This document shows, piece after piece, positions 1-11,996 of a stretch of DNA of 64,000 bases. Positions within the stretch are counted from its first letter, which is position 1. Every line of letters begins with the position of its first letter. Origin of the DNA: Amoebophrya sp. A120 (lineage: Eukaryota > Protista > Dinoflagellata); assembly GCA_905178155.1 (NCBI GenBank), contig CAJINV010000001.1, forward strand, positions 2,408,089 to 2,472,088, given 5' to 3'. Position numbers and translations under genes: made by a program. The notes beneath the pieces were generated by a model. The model was given only the letters and a program-made list of their open reading frames with translations. It did not search any database and was not told the DNA's origin.

Positions 1-95
1 TTCTATTGCTTGTCATGCAACACAGATTTTTTCAGAATCCAAAAGTAGCATCACAAGTTGTATCCTTCCAGACCCAGATATATGGTAAAGGTGTA

Positions 96-230
96 GACCA
101 GGGCCCCTGGGACCAGGGCCCCTGGGACCAGGGCCCCTGGGACCAGGGCCCCTAGGACCAGGGCCCCTAGGACCAGGGCCCCTAGGACCAGGGCCCCTAC
201 GGACTGGGGCCCCTACGGACTGGGGCCCCA
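96..230. repeat. 15-16 bp tandem repeat GACCAGGGCCCCT(G/A)G, about 9 units (inverted set at ~956-1044)
   Basis: Directly visible; no spacers between units. Confidence 0.9.
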
Positions 231-331
231 GTCGTGTCTCAGAATCTGGCGTCCCGGAATCTGGTGTGCCGGCGTCTGGATCTGGAAGAGTTGGGGCGTC
301 CCTCTACGTACAAAAAAAGCACAGCTCGACT

Positions 332-593
332 TATGAACTGCAAATATGTCTGGGGCTGGAAGGATGCAACTTCTGATGCGGCCTTTGGATTCTACCAAAA
401 TCTGTATTGCGTGAGCAGCAAGAGGAGTTCAGTTTTTGCCACGCAGAGGGGGCATTTCTCATGCGGTGTAGGCATCAGGAAGCGCTCGCAAAGGGTGTGA
501 TGCTGGGGCATGCATCACAGGCATCATGGATCATGCAAAATGAGCATGAGAAATCTCACAACCTTCCAGACCCAGACATTTTTACATTTGATA
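332..593. mobile_element. Introner family A, nested in the foldback element
   Basis: TATGAACTGCAAATATGTCTGGG...CCCAGACATTTTTACATTTGATA; direct repeat CGACT. Confidence 0.85.
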
Positions 594-1074
594 CGACTTT
601 CATGGTGACAATTTGAGATGTCTCTCGTTAGCACTTTGAGCTGCATCCCTGTCCACTCAAGCAGTGATTTTGCTGGGAAACATTTCGAATACAAACGGCG
701 CCCGTCGCATTGTAAATAGATCTGGGTCTGCACAACTAAGAACTTGTGACGCGTGTCGAGGAATATAGAATAAAGCGAAAGAGATGCTCTGGGTAGTCAG
801 CAGACTGCGTCACATATTACGTGTGGCCTGCCTTCTTCCACCTCCTGGCCCGATGCTAGGACTTACAAGACATGCGTACTTGGTGGCCCAGATACGCTGG
901 CAGACAGCTCCGGTTCCGGCCGCGCCTCGCCGTGTACCAGATTCCGGGACGCCGTTCAGTCCGTAGGGGCCCCAGTCCGTAGGGGCCCTGGTCCTGGGGG
1001 CCCTGGTCCCAGGGGCCCTGGTCTGAGCAGGGGCCCTGGTCTACCCGGATACCCAGATATATTTGCAATGCATA

Positions 1075-1867
1075 TCCACCGCGTGAGACAGCAGTCCAGG
1101 TCGAACCGGAACACGGGCACGTCCTGGTTCTGGTTCTATCAAATGCAAATATCGATCTGGGTCTGGAACAAGATTGCAGAACTTGTCATGCCGGTTTTAC
1201 GTGACCATGTTGGTCTAGCATGCAAGCCCTAGCATCACAGGTTTTGAGCAGGAGGTATCCCAATGCTTAATCCGCATGACAAATGCCCTGCTTCGGTGAC
1301 AACAAGTGGGCGACTTTTGCTGGCCAAGCATGATAGATTTTGGCATGATGTAGGGTTCGCATCACAAGTTTTAGGCCTTCCAGACCCAGACATATTTGCA
1401 TTTGATAGATTCGACCCCCGCTCCATTTGCCCGGACAGCCCGTCCATGAGCATCTGCAAGGACCGCTGCGCCTGGTCCTGGTAGTTCTTCGTTTCATAGT
1501 TGTAAATGTTCTTTTTCGGCTTCTTCTTTTTACTCTTGGACTCTTTGTCTTTGCCTTTGAAAGGCGCGGCTGCATTTTTCTTTATCGGATCAGCATCTAA
1601 GTTGTTGTCCTTCTCGTGCTTCGCTGCTGAGTCTTGCAGTTCTTGCTCCAATGCGGAAAAATTCTTTGTTCGCAACCAATCCGCTCCCTCTCCCTCCTCT
1701 TCCGTGCCGGAATCTTCAGGCTTCCCGCCACTTCCGGCAATCGCACCGCTCTTGCTGGACTCATGTTCGACGTCGTCGTTGTGTGACGTGTCTTCGGAAC
1801 GGGATCCGCGCCTCCTGCTCGACGTCCAGGGCCTCTTCACAAAACTTGTCAGATTCTTAAACCACAT
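1075..1867 (-). CDS. Hypothetical protein, 5' part (continues past window start); exons 1867-1408 and ~1131-1075
   Basis: ORF MWFKNL...ERGSN joins in frame to QNQDVPVFRFDLDCCLTRW when introner 1137-1407 plus one repeat is removed. Confidence 0.7.
1137..1407. mobile_element. Introner family A (non-canonical intron)
   Basis: TATCAAATGCAAATAT...ATATTTGCATTTGATA; direct repeat GGTTC/GATTC. Confidence 0.85.
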
Positions 1868-2550
1868 AGTGACGTAAACTCCTTTGACCGGATATAATTC
1901 GACTGCAAAAAACTTAGTGTTAAAAGTACTTAGTTAACAACACAGCCAGTATACATGAAACGAAGAAACCTCCAAAACTTTTATTACTCACAGAAGCGAA
2001 ACTCGAAACTATTGCAGCTGAATGAAACGCAGGTTGACGTCGCACGCTCCAGGCCAGCCTAGGTAGTATCAATCTACATAGTATCTTCGACCTACGCAGA
2101 GTTTTCACTTGAGTGACAGAACAAACTTCCACAGATCTCACGGAACTTCCGGATCAAGATCGTGTTCGCCATCGCCGCACGGATATCTTCACCACGTGGG
2201 ATGCTTTGTTCACACAGAGGATGTTAAATAGGATCTACTTACAACTGTCAAATCTTTGCACCGATGAGAGTAATGAATTTCTTTGGAGACGAATAAAGGA
2301 ACGAACATGCTTGCGATCTACACCTACACGAAAATGATTGAATCATTGCGCTCACGAAAAAAAAACTTCGTCGTCTAGCTGCAGCGAACAACGGAAGCTG
2401 CTACTCTTTCTGAGTGCAATCCTAGGCGCATCTTCTTGTCTGCTCACCTGGGAATGCTTATCGTCTGCGAACCTGCGCTGCGCGAGCGGAAAGAAGTTTT
2501 GCAATATGGTAGGTACTTCTGCCTCCACTTGCGAACTGGTTAAATCTCCT

Positions 2551-5500
2551 CTACAGCCACTTGAGCGGCATAACGTAGTCGGGGGAATCTGAGTAGCCAA
2601 AGAACTCTAGATCGAAGGCAAAGTGTTCCCGGACCAGTCCTATGGTCTCTTCCGTCCACAAGGCTTCCCACGTGGTTTCGCAGTTCCGGTACTGCACTTT
2701 TTTCGCGTCGAAGGAGCAGATCGGTCGCTCCGTGTTGCTTGAGGGGAGGACTTTTGGAAACTTCTTCGGTGCCGGGTGGCAATAATTGTACTCTTCGCAC
2801 AGAAGCGCGTAAAGCTCTTCCAAGTCTGGCCCTATTGTCTCCAGATGCAGGACAAAAAAATCGTCCAAGTCCTGCACTGGCCCGTTTATTTGTAGAAAGA
2901 CCTCGTCGTTGAGCATGTCGAGAAAAGGCCGCATGTGAAAGATGTCGCTGACATCCACTTCCGACTCCAGGTGGACGCAGAACCCCTTGTCTGTACTATC
3001 GCTGTGGTCTTCCTCTTGTTCAGTAGGAGAAGCTGTACCCCCCTCACCAGGATCATCTTGTACGGATGTTGACACGTGGGAGGTCCTCTCGTCGGTCAGC
3101 TCTCGCGAGATTGTGTAGCCTGCGTCTTTCGCCTTCTGGATCATTTCTGGGGTCGACTTGTTCACGCACATTTTCGGGTTTTGTTTGTCCGCGAAGTTGT
3201 CGCTGATGTCCTTCGTGAACCCGATTCCGTTCAACTCTCGCCACTGCGACCGTAGGTACAGCATTCGGCTCAGCCACTTCCCGAAGTCCTTCCAGTCTTT
3301 ATACGGCCCCGCCCGTTTTCCGCCGCCCCCGTTCGTTGGCGGCGCACTCGTGTTATCCGCGCTGTCTTCGTCCGTCCTTTCCGCCTCCTTCGGCGGCTCG
3401 TTTGGATGCCGCTGCGTGGGAAGCCACGCGAACTGGTACATGGAGGCCATGCGGACGAAGGGGTTTCGCGCCAGCACCACCTTCTTTCGCCACTTCTGGC
3501 TCAGGCAGCAGTTCGGGCACAGATTTGCCGGCGGAAGAAACCGCATCCACGTCCAGTGCTGCTGCGTGTAGGAGTCGGGCGGAAACCGGTGCATCAACCG
3601 CTGCGACAGGTCTTGCACCACCTCGTTCTTGTCCATGTGGCCCCAGCTGATGTTTAATTATTTGCGATAATTTTACTTGATCTAGACCATGTTCATCTTT
3701 ATTGATCTGTGTTGTGCACTTGTTCTTGTTGCAGCAGCGCCGAAAACAGGTCAAGATTCCTCATCCATGCGAAAGTAAAAATTATAAGTAGAGGTGGACG
3801 TAGTCAATTGTTTGATGATATCTTCAGGGCACACGCAGACAAGTTTGTTTCCCCACCTTCAGCAGTCAGAAGACATGGGTTAGAAAAACTCTTTGCTCAT
3901 CGTCATCATCAAGAATAGATCGGCAGTAGTTATGTTGACAAGGGAGAATATGTCCTCGCATGCTAAGAAGATCCAATCAGGGCACACGCAGACAAGTTTG
4001 TTTCCCCATGACAGTTCGACTGGTGTCGGAAGACATGGGTTAGAATAAAACTCTTTGCTCATCATAGAGAACGTGAAGATCACAATCATTCACAATATCA
4101 TGCTGAAATAGAAATAGAAATTCAAATTCCGTGCCGTTGGAAATAATAAAGGTGCTATTAAGCTAGTACATCAGGGCACACGCAGACAAGTTTGTTTCCC
4201 CATCTTCAGCAGTCGGAAGACATGGGTTAGAAAAACTCTTTGCTCATCATGAGATTGGCCGTGGAACTTGTCCTAGATACGATTCAGGCTTGACCTTCGC
4301 TTTCTTGATGTATCTGTCACGTCGAGGTGCGGCGTCGTAGTTTTACTTTTCAAAAGCTGTTACTATCAATCACTTGGGAGGTACAAGAGATGCTTATTGC
4401 AGCAGTGCAGTGTGAGCAAACTACATCGACGAGATCTATCGAGGAAGAGACATTCAGCGTACTTCGAGAATGCTTGTTGTGCTGCGGCGCATCAGCAGCT
4501 GCTCTACGATATAAATTCAAATACAAGCAATCAAAATGAATAAGTACTAGTCCAGCTCCGTAGCGAGCCAATCGATCATGACCTTTGGCCGTTGCAGCAT
4601 GGCGTCCATTATGAACTGCAAAAGTATCGTACTAGTAGTAATTGCAATACAAATTAGCTCAGCATGACAAATGGGGTCTGTCATGCTGTTTTGCCTTGGG
4701 ATGGAGATTTGCAATGCAAGACATGCATTTATACGAGTACGATACTTTTGCACAGGATATCCATTGCGTTTGCGAGACTGGTTTTGATGTAGGGTTCCAA
4801 ATCCATAATGTAGTTCACCGCCGTATCAAATGCAAATGTGTCTGGGTCTGGGAGGATGGAGCTTGTGATGCGTCCTGTGGGTCACTCAAAAATCTGTGTT
4901 GCGTGATCACCAGCAAAAGTTCTCCTTTTATGACCAACATGAGCGGGAGTTTCTTATGCAGGATAGGCATGATAGAGATTTCGCAGAATCTGTCATGCTA
5001 GGTCCTGCATTCCAGACCAATTGGGGCATGGAAAATATGCATGACAAATCTGCACTCCTCCAGACCCAGACACTTTTGCATTTGATACGCCGAGCTTGTC
5101 CCGGACTTTGGCAGCATGAAGAACGCGATCGGCGCGCCCATGGGACTATCAGAAGGAAAAATTGCCCCTGCCCATATCGAAGCGGCACGTCTCAGAAAAT
5201 TTCTAATGCGGATCAGTGGCCACAAATCGCGTCTGTCTTGCAAGAAGGCAACTCCAGAGGCTCCGCCGCAATATGGTGGCTGTCTGTGATGCTGGTGGGC
5301 CTACAGCATGGACGTTTCTGATGCCAAACGCCTAGGCCAGCCCCTCTCTACTCAGGCGTGATATGGGCCTGCAGTCCTTCACTGCAAGACACAGCTGATT
5401 TGTGTACGCAAATCCAGCATCAGAAACTTCGTTTCGATATGGGGAGGGGGAATTTTTCCTTCTGATAGGGACAGTGGAATAGTTGCGTCAACATGCCGGA

Positions 5501-6848
5501 ATTCTGCCCGGGCTTCCAGATTTGACAGTTTGAATTCAGCAACACCTTCTGCCGATCGCGCAACTGCGGCTCAATGTACCGGTGCGCCTGCATGATGCAC
5601 ATCCCCCCGCCCGGGCCGTAGGCGTCGCAGTGGTCGGCCCGGAAAGTCGACACCTTTTCGAACAGCGTTGGCTCGGTTGGATCAGTACTAGCAACTGAAG
5701 CCGGCGCGCCCAAGCTGACCCGTGTCAACTTGTCCAGCGTTTCGGGGTGGAAGTCGAGGAAGTTCAGCATGTATCGTAAGGAAAAATCCTCCTCCCCATA
5801 TCAATAACGAACCCACAGAAAATCTGCAATGCTGATTTGTGACCGCAAATCGCCTCTGTCATACAAAAAAGCAACTCCACAGGCTCCGCCGAATTATAAG
5901 GGCGGTCTGTGATGCTGTTGTGCCTACAGTATGGACATTTGTAATGCTAGGCGCCTATGTATTTCAAACTCAAAGCCTTGCTTCCCAGGGTTTGCATATA
6001 ACTGCAGTCCTCTACCGCAAGACAAGTCTGATTTGTGTACGCAAATCTAGCATCACAAATTTCCTGTTCGATATGGGGAGGGAAGATTTTTCCTTTTGAT
6101 AGCATGTTCCCCTTCACTCGTTCCCGCAGGCCCGCGACGAACGCCGGCTCCGCCTCCTCGAACGCGGTTCACTATCCTGAGTAAAAACGTACCCCCACCA
6201 GAGTTGTAGTGCAGATTTGCAAAGACGGGAAGACTTGTAATGCGCATCCCCATGAGAGCCATTTCCAGTCGTGTTTTGGAATTTGTGATGCTGTGAACAG
6301 GATGAGCAGATGAATCTGTGATGCGGCTGCACTTGCTAACCTGCACTACACTGCAGAGTGCAACTTGTCATGCGTGACTCACAAAACTCCTAGGTTTGTG
6401 CTGCAAAATCCCCATCCTGACTCTGGTGTGGGTACGTTTTTACTCAGGATATCCACAAGTGCTTGTTTTCCGGCTCGAAAAGCAGCTTTGCGAGGTCCTG
6501 TTGCAGTTCCAAATTGAATTCAGCCACTTTTTCCGGGTCGCACAGGTGGTACCAGTGCAGCTCCGACTGCCGGTTGGGGACGCGGTACAAGGGCATCACG
6601 GTCTGCATCACGCGGTGGACCTGCTCCAGCATCACCGGCGGCTCCGTCTCGTTCCATGTGGGTGGGAACAGGAGGCCGCCCCGCTTGTTCTCGGACTGTT
6701 TTTTAGTAGTTTCAACATCTTGCCTGTCGTGGTCCTGCCCGGCAACGAGCAACTTCTGGCGGGAAGCAGTGAATGAACCGCTCGGCCACGCGAGAAAGAG
6801 CCACAAGAAAAGTATTCTGCGAGGATGAAGAACTGGTGCCATTTTCAT
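2551..6848 (-). CDS. Carbohydrate sulfotransferase-like protein (Sulfotransfer_2 type), 7 exons
   Basis: Hydrophobic N-terminus ILFLWLFLAW; 5'-PAPS motif LPKSGTSS (~5090-5115); 3'-PAPS motif RNPFVRMASMY. Frame is continuous after removing 5 introners and GT-AG intron 3647-4547. Paralog at 22062-24315. Confidence 0.8.
3824..3909 (-). ncRNA. Box C/D snoRNA, copy 1 (intronic)
   Basis: ATGATGA...CTAACCCATGTCTT-CTGA...GTGGGGA...GTGTGCC-CTGA, with terminal TCTT/AAGA stem. Confidence 0.65.
3977..4065 (-). ncRNA. Box C/D snoRNA, copy 2 (intronic)
   Basis: Box C ATGATGA, D' CCGA, C'-like ATGGGGA, box D CTGA; guides conserved, D'-C' loop divergent. Confidence 0.7.
4171..4250 (-). ncRNA. Box C/D snoRNA, copy 3 (intronic)
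   Basis: Same boxes and guides; similarity among copies ends at boxes C and D. Confidence 0.7.
4610..4759. mobile_element. Introner family D
   Basis: TATGAACTGCAAAAGTATCGTACT...AGTACGATACTTTTGCACAGGATA; direct repeat TCCAT. Confidence 0.85.
4824..5087. mobile_element. Introner family A
   Basis: TATCAAATGCAAA...TTTGCATTTGATA; direct repeat CGCCG. Confidence 0.9.
5147..5467. mobile_element. Introner family C
   Basis: TATCAGAAGGAAAAATT...AATTTTTCCTTCTGATA; direct repeat GGGAC. Confidence 0.9.
5772..6101. mobile_element. Introner family C
   Basis: TATCGTAAGGAAAAATC...GATTTTTCCTTTTGATA; direct repeat GCATG. Confidence 0.9.
6173..6451. mobile_element. Introner family B
   Basis: TATCCTGAGTAAAAACGTACCC...GGGTACGTTTTTACTCAGGATA; direct repeat TTCAC/TCCAC. 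Confidence 0.9.
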
Positions 6849-7366
6849 TTTTCCCTTAGTTCTATAGATACAACCGACCGTAGCGATCTGCGTACTTGCG
6901 CCGCGGCGATTGCGAGTCGAGTGTGGTCATTGAACAGAAAATTACGAAAAAACCGAACAGAGGAGATTTACCGTTCGACATTTGTGACCGATGAAATTCG
7001 AAAAGTCAGGACAACGAACGCGCTCCGTGATCAAGAATGAATGATGCTCAATCTTGATCTGTAGAAAACGAACAACAGGAGTGCCGCGGACTGCTTAAAA
7101 TGCAGACACGCGAGGCTTTCGCGCACCGCCCTGTCGGAAGCGCCACAGCCGCCAAAGGATTTTTTTTTCGTATGAAAGCAACTCTTTACATTCTGTAGAC
7201 AATACCTACACAAATGAATTTCCTGCCTTCAAATCAATTCAAATTCTAGCTTCAGCTCAACCGTTCGTAGATTACACCACTGTCAGGAGCGCTAGATTAG
7301 ATGCCTTTCAACAACTAGACTAGTGTCATGTTGAAGCTGCAAGAACAAGTGACGAAAAGTAGCCAC

Positions 7367-7477
7367 TTATTTCTTCTTCATGGACATCATCTTCATCTTC
7401 ATCGACATCTTCATGGACATCTTCTTCATGACCGGCGCGGCGTCTGCGGCCTTCATCATCTTCATCATCTTCGCCAT
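7367..7477 (-). CDS. 36-aa Met/Lys-rich micro-protein (DVNP N-terminus-like), copy 1
   Basis: MAKMMKMMKAADAAPVMKKMSMKMSMKMKMMSMKKK-TAA; AAAATG start context; peptide identical in 4 copies. Confidence 0.7.
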   Translation of the reverse strand: MAKMMKMMKAADAAPVMKKMSMKMSMKMKMMSMKKK

Positions 7478-8594
7478 TTTCAAGGTTTGGGGGTTTTGTT
7501 TGGAAAAAACTTTTCCGATTCGTTTCCCTATGTTCGGCAAAGCAAAATAATTTAACGACCAAATATCACAGCAAAGGGGCAAGAACCGGGAGCGGGTCAT
7601 GTGGTTTGTGAGTGGAGCAATGAGAAAGTGATTGTGGCTTTGCCTTACTAGACGAGTTCGACGAACGATCGCGATGGCGTGCTTGAATAAGTTCGATTCA
7701 CCACGACGGCCTTGTACGATCACTCGAATTTTCGCGAACGATTTGAGCACACCGAGATGACCTTGCGATGTCCTATCTTGTGTACGAACGACTTACTTGC
7801 TGCATGCATCATTTGAGAACCAAAGCCGATGGGTATCATCCTCCTCAGATGCTTACGGACCGTGGATCGGCGACACCGAGCAGAGGAGATTTACCGTTCG
7901 AAGTACCGATGAAATTGGAAAAGTGAAAACAACCAATGCATTTAATGCTCAGCATGAATGATCCCAATCTTGTTCTTGACCGACCGAGATAAACGCATAA
8001 CAGCAGTACCCAAAGGTGCGCCAAATGCAGACACGAAAGGGAAAGCCGTTCTCGCGCCGCCCTCTCAGAAGCGCCACAGCCGCCCAAGGATTTTTTTTCC
8101 GTATGAAAGCAACGTGGTGCTTTGTTCACGGAAGTGCGGTTTTCCGCTTGAAGTAGGTGCTGGTTTGTTCACGCGAAACTAGCTCTACCGCCACTTCTTC
8201 AAAGAAGTAAAATACTACTTGGCCAAACAGTCTTTTGCGTAGACCTGAGAAAAAACTAGAAAAATACTGAGACGATGCTCTGCCTCTTGGGAAGCTTGAA
8301 AGTTGGTGAAAAACGAAGCAAAAAGTAATAGCAAGCGTCTGACGTTAGCAAAAATCAAAATCATCTAACTGCTTTCCGTTTTTCAAGGTATATGGCAAAG
8401 TAGAAGCCGTCAGATTAGGACGCTCGTGATCTCACTACCTATCACATTATCTTGCAACTCTAAATAATATGCGTTTCGTTTTGGAGTGCGAACCATTTTT
8501 ACCAGAGCAGTACCATTACCACTAGCTACCAGAAGCCGAGCCATCTCGATCTTAATCTTTAGCAGGAGTAGGATATGGATATAATTCGTTCTCG

Positions 8595-9053
8595 TTACAT
8601 AATGACGCAGCGGCACATTTCTTTGTCTACTTGCGCCACCTGTGCCTTCGTTTCCTTCAGTTCCGCCTGGATTGCATCCATCTTCGCCTCGAACTTGTTG
8701 AGCTTCTCCACCAACAGGTTCCCCGCCGTCGCGGCCTCTGCCACGCTCCCCAGTCCCGCTTCCAACGCCCCGATGCGGAGCGCCGTTGTTTCTGCGTTCA
8801 CTGCAGTCTCCTGCAGTTTCAAGGTCACGGCACTCGGATCAATCGCCGTGCTGAGATTCGCCATCGCCGCGCGCAACGACTTCACGTCCTGGTGCGTCTG
8901 TATCACCCGGGGCAAGATGCTGGATTCGCACTTGGACACACTGGAAAGTATTTCGGCACTCCCTCTAGCAACTTTCTCGTCGGCCAACCAAATGGCCTGC
9001 GCTTGACGCACGTCGTCGGCACTCAGCAACGCTGATCCCGAAGCTGATTCCAT
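8595..9053 (-). CDS. Hypothetical coiled-coil protein, paralog 1
   Basis: AAAATG start MESASGS; heptad-like C-terminus LVEKLNKFEAKMDAIQAELKETKAQV; ORF kept in the duplicate. Confidence 0.65.
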   Translation of the reverse strand: MESASGSALLSADDVRQAQAIWLADEKVARGSAEILSSVSKCESSILPRVIQTHQDVKSLRAAMANLSTAIDPSAVTLKLQETAVNAETTALRIGALEAGLGSVAEAATAGNLLVEKLNKFEAKMDAIQAELKETKAQVAQVDKEMCRCVIM

Positions 9054-9951
9054 TTTGTGGCGAGACACGCAGGCACAGGCAGAGGGACGCAAGCGCAATA
9101 TATGACTGAGAGCGCTCAAAAACGAAACTCTTGAAATCTAGACTGCTCTGCCTCCCATTGTGAAAAATTCTCCGGCTCGCTTCCCCAACTATACTATTGA
9201 AAAGCAAAAGCCTGAAGGCCAAAATATTACAGCGAACTACGGACGACCGGAAGGAGGGGGTCACGCGGATATCAGTTTGCGGATGAAACGAAGACACAGA
9301 AGTAGTTGTGGCTTTAAACTGAGATAGATTGCCATACACGAGCTCTACGGACAACGATGCGTTTGCACGCTCCCGAATATTTGCAAGTGATTTCGTCACA
9401 AACGCGGCCGACAGCTTGCGATAATATCCTATGTCGCATACGACCGAGTTCCTTACGCTTACATCTCTAGAAGACCAAAGCCGATTATTAGCATCCTCGT
9501 CAGATGCCTATGGGCCGTGGACCGGCGACACCGAGCAGAAGAGGTTGACAGTTCGAAATACCGATGAAATTCGAAAAGTTAAAACAGACAATGCACTCAA
9601 TGCTCAGCATGAATGATCCCTTGTTCTTGACCGACCGAAATAAACGCACAACAGCAGAAGTACCCAAAGGTACGCCAAATGCAGACACGAAAGGGAAAAA
9701 CCTTTCTCGTGCCGCTCTCCCAGAAGCGCCACAGCCGCCCAAGGATTTTTTTTTGTATGAAAGCAACTCTTTACATTCTGTAGACAATACCTACACAAAT
9801 GAATTTCGTGCCTTCAAATCAATTCTAGCTTCAGCTCAACCGTTCGTAGATTACACCACTATCGGGAGCGCTAGATTCGATGCCTTTCAACAACTAGACT
9901 ACGACTAGTGTCATGTTGAAGTTTGAAGAACAAGCGACAGAAAAATGCCAC

Positions 9952-10062
9952 TTATTTCTTCTTCATGGACATCATCTTCATCTTCATCGACATCTTCATG
10001 GACATCTTCTTCATGACCGGCGCGGCGTCAGCGGCCTTCATCATCTTCATCATCTTCGCCAT
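9952..10062 (-). CDS. 36-aa Met/Lys-rich micro-protein, copy 2
   Basis: Same peptide; Ala11 codon GCT. Confidence 0.7.
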   Translation of the reverse strand: MAKMMKMMKAADAAPVMKKMSMKMSMKMKMMSMKKK

Positions 10063-10893
10063 TTTGAAGGTTGGGGGGTTTTGTTTGGAAAAAACTTTTC
10101 CGATTCGTTTCCCTATGATAAAGCAAAACAATTTAACGACCAAATTATATTACAGCAGAGGGGCAAGTAGAACCGGGAGCGGGTCATGCGGATAGTGGTT
10201 TGTGAGTGGAGCAATGAGAAAGTGATTCTCACTTTGCCTTTACTCGACGAGTTCGACGAACGATCACGATGGCGTGCTTGAATGAGTTCGATTCACCACG
10301 ACGGCCTTGTACGATCACCCGAATTTTCGCGAACGATTTGATCACACCGAGATGAGCTTGTGATGTCCTATGTTGTGTACGAGCGACTTACTTGCATGCA
10401 TCATTCGAGAACCAAAGCCGAGGGGTATCATCCTCATCAGATGCTTATGGACCGTGGATCGGCGACACCGAGCAGAGGAGGTTGACCGTTCGAAATACCG
10501 ATGAAATTCGAAAAGTTAAAACAAACAATGCACTCAATGCTATAGGATAAATGATCCCAATCTTGTTCTTGACCGACCGAAATAAACGCACAACAGCAGA
10601 AGTACCCAAAGGTGCACCAAATGCAGACACGGAAGGGAAAGCCTTTCTCGCGCCGCCCTCCCAGAAGCGCCACAGCCGCACAAGGATTTTTTTTCGTATG
10701 AAAGCAACTCTTTACATTCTGTAGAGTACCTACACAAATGAATTTCGTGCCTTCAAGTCAATTCTAGCTTCAGCTCAACCGTTCGTAGATTACACCACTG
10801 TCAGGAGCGCTAGATTTTTAGATGCCTTTCAACATCAACTAGACTAGTGTCATGTTGAAGTTCTTTGAAGAACAAGTGACGAAAAGTAGCCAC

Positions 10894-11004
10894 TTATTTC
10901 TTCTTCATGGACATCATCTTCATCTTCATCGACATCTTCATGGACATCTTCTTCATGACCGGCGCGGCGTCGGCGGCCTTCATCATCTTCATCATCTTCG
11001 CCAT
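10894..11004 (-). CDS. 36-aa Met/Lys-rich micro-protein, copy 3
   Basis: Same peptide; Ala11 codon GCC. Confidence 0.7.
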   Translation of the reverse strand: MAKMMKMMKAADAAPVMKKMSMKMSMKMKMMSMKKK

Positions 11005-11996
11005 TTTGACGGTGTGGGGGTTTTGTTTGGAAAAAACTTTTCCGATTCGTTTCCCTATGTATGGTAAAGCAAAATGATTCAACGACCAAATATCACAGCG
11101 AGGGGGCAAGAACCGGGAGCGGGTCATGCGGATAGTGGTTTGTGAGTGGGGCAATGAGAAAGTGATTCTGGCTTTACCTTACTAGACGAGTTCATCGACG
11201 AACGATCACGATGGCGTGCTTGAATGAGTTCGATTCACCACGACTCGCTTGCACGACCGCCCGAATTTTTGCGAACGATTTGATCACACCGAGATGAGCT
11301 TGTGATGTCCTATGTTGTGTACGACGACGAACGACTCACTTGCATGCATCATTCGAGAACCAAAGCCGATGGGTATCATCATCATCAGAGGCGTTCCATG
11401 AAACCGAGCAGAGGAGGCTGACTGCGCGAAATACAAACGAAATCCGAAAAGTGAAAACAACGAGATCTTCGCCATCTTGGCGACTTGGTGGTCTTTTTTG
11501 GAAAAACTTCTGTTTTTTTGATGTTCCGGGAAGTGCGGTTTTCCGCTTGAAGTAGGCGTTGGTTTGTTCACGCGAAACTAGCTCTAGCGCCACTTCTTCA
11601 AGGAAATAAGAAAGTAAATTAATACTTGGCCAAACACTCTTTTGCCAAGTAGACCTGAGAAAAAACTAGAAAAATACGGGTGAGAGGATGCTTTGCCTCT
11701 TGGGAAACTTCAAGGTTGGTGAAAAACGAAGCAAAAAGTAATAGCAAGCGTCTGACGTTAGCAAAAATCCAGTAAACTGCTTTCCGTTTTTTAGGGTATA
11801 TGGAAAAAAAGCCGCCAGATTGGGACGCTCGTGACCTCATTACCTATCATATTATCTTGCAAGTGCAACTCTAAATATGCGTTTCGTTTTGGAGTGCGAA
11901 CCATTTTTACCAGAGCACTAGCATTGCCACTCGCTACCCGAAGCCGAGCCATCTCGATCTTTAGCAGGAGTAGGGTATGGATATAATTCGTTCTCG

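Larger units (their letters stand above)
84..1050. mobile_element. Foldback-like non-autonomous element with tandem-repeat inverted arms
   Basis: Left arm GTAGACCAGGGCCCC...GGCGTCCCGGAATCTGGT (~93-265) is the inverted copy of the right arm (~936-1044). Flanked by a 12-bp duplication ACCCAGATATAT. Confidence 0.7.
1..1074. mobile_element. Introner family A, partial (left end outside window); right TIR interrupted by a nested foldback element
   Basis: TTCCAGACCCAGATATAT (66-83) resumes as ACCCAGATATATTTGCAATGCATA (1051-1074), the family A right TIR. It abuts the exon ending ...CCLTRW. Confidence 0.75.

Noticed and set aside
96-230. Regular short repeats as a CRISPR array
   Set aside because: Units are contiguous with no unique spacers, there are no cas genes, and the context is eukaryotic. 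They are the arms of a foldback element.
6168-6456. TGG/TGA repeat pair as evidence of UGA=Trp recoding
   Set aside because: A single site. Long exons have no in-frame TGA, TAA or TAG, and genes end in ordinary stops, so the standard code fits.
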